Below are positions 31,929 through 32,000 of a DNA stretch of 32,000 bases, in pieces. The position numbers and the translations under genes were made by a program. Each line of letters starts with the position of its first letter. Position 1 is the stretch's first letter. This DNA comes from Paramicrosporidium saccamoebae KSL3. Its lineage: Eukaryota > Fungi > Cryptomycota. Below the pieces are notes generated by a model. That model was given only the letters and a program-made list of their open reading frames with translations. It searched no databases and was not told the DNA's origin. Location of the stretch: assembly GCA_002794465.1 (NCBI GenBank), contig MTSL01000117.1:32168-64167 (forward strand), given 5' to 3'.

Positions 31929-32000
31929 GTTAGCTGTTAGCTGTTAGCTGTTAGTTGTTAGTTGTTAGTTGTTAGTTGTTAGTTGTTAGTTGTTAGTTGT
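31929..32000 (+). repeat. Heptamer tandem array (GTTAGCT)3(GTTAGTT)7+, truncated by window end
   Basis: Read directly: three GTTAGCT units (31929-31949), seven GTTAGTT units (31950-31998), then GT. An isolated GTTAGTTG lies at 31906. Confidence 0.95.

Overview
Gene-dense eukaryotic nuclear DNA with no prokaryotic features. About 25 protein-coding genes are packed with spacers as short as 19-60 nt and interrupted by tiny GT-AG introns: 28 modelled by hand, 27 of them 28-36 nt. The code is standard. Genes for a mitochondrial ribosomal protein (uL30m) and a TFAM-like protein imply that a mitochondrial genome is retained. By inference this fits an early-diverging fungal relative (Rozellomycota / short-branch microsporidia such as Paramicrosporidium); the taxon is not verified. 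Most genes are housekeeping (RPA135, MCM3, DRS2, SAC3, NUP85, KTI12, UBC4, CKS1 and others). The exception is a 3.5 kb island (10124-13612). It holds a 29-bp minisatellite, an intronless orphan gene for a secreted Cys-paired repeat protein, and a ~480 nt non-coding nest of inverted repeats: a ~410 nt imperfect hairpin whose loop is complementary to the segment just upstream of its base. Other points of interest: 3n-length introns are depleted and all carry in-frame stops, the Drs2 lacks its autoinhibitory tail, several cell-cycle genes are adjacent, and a (GTTAGYT)n array runs off the right edge.
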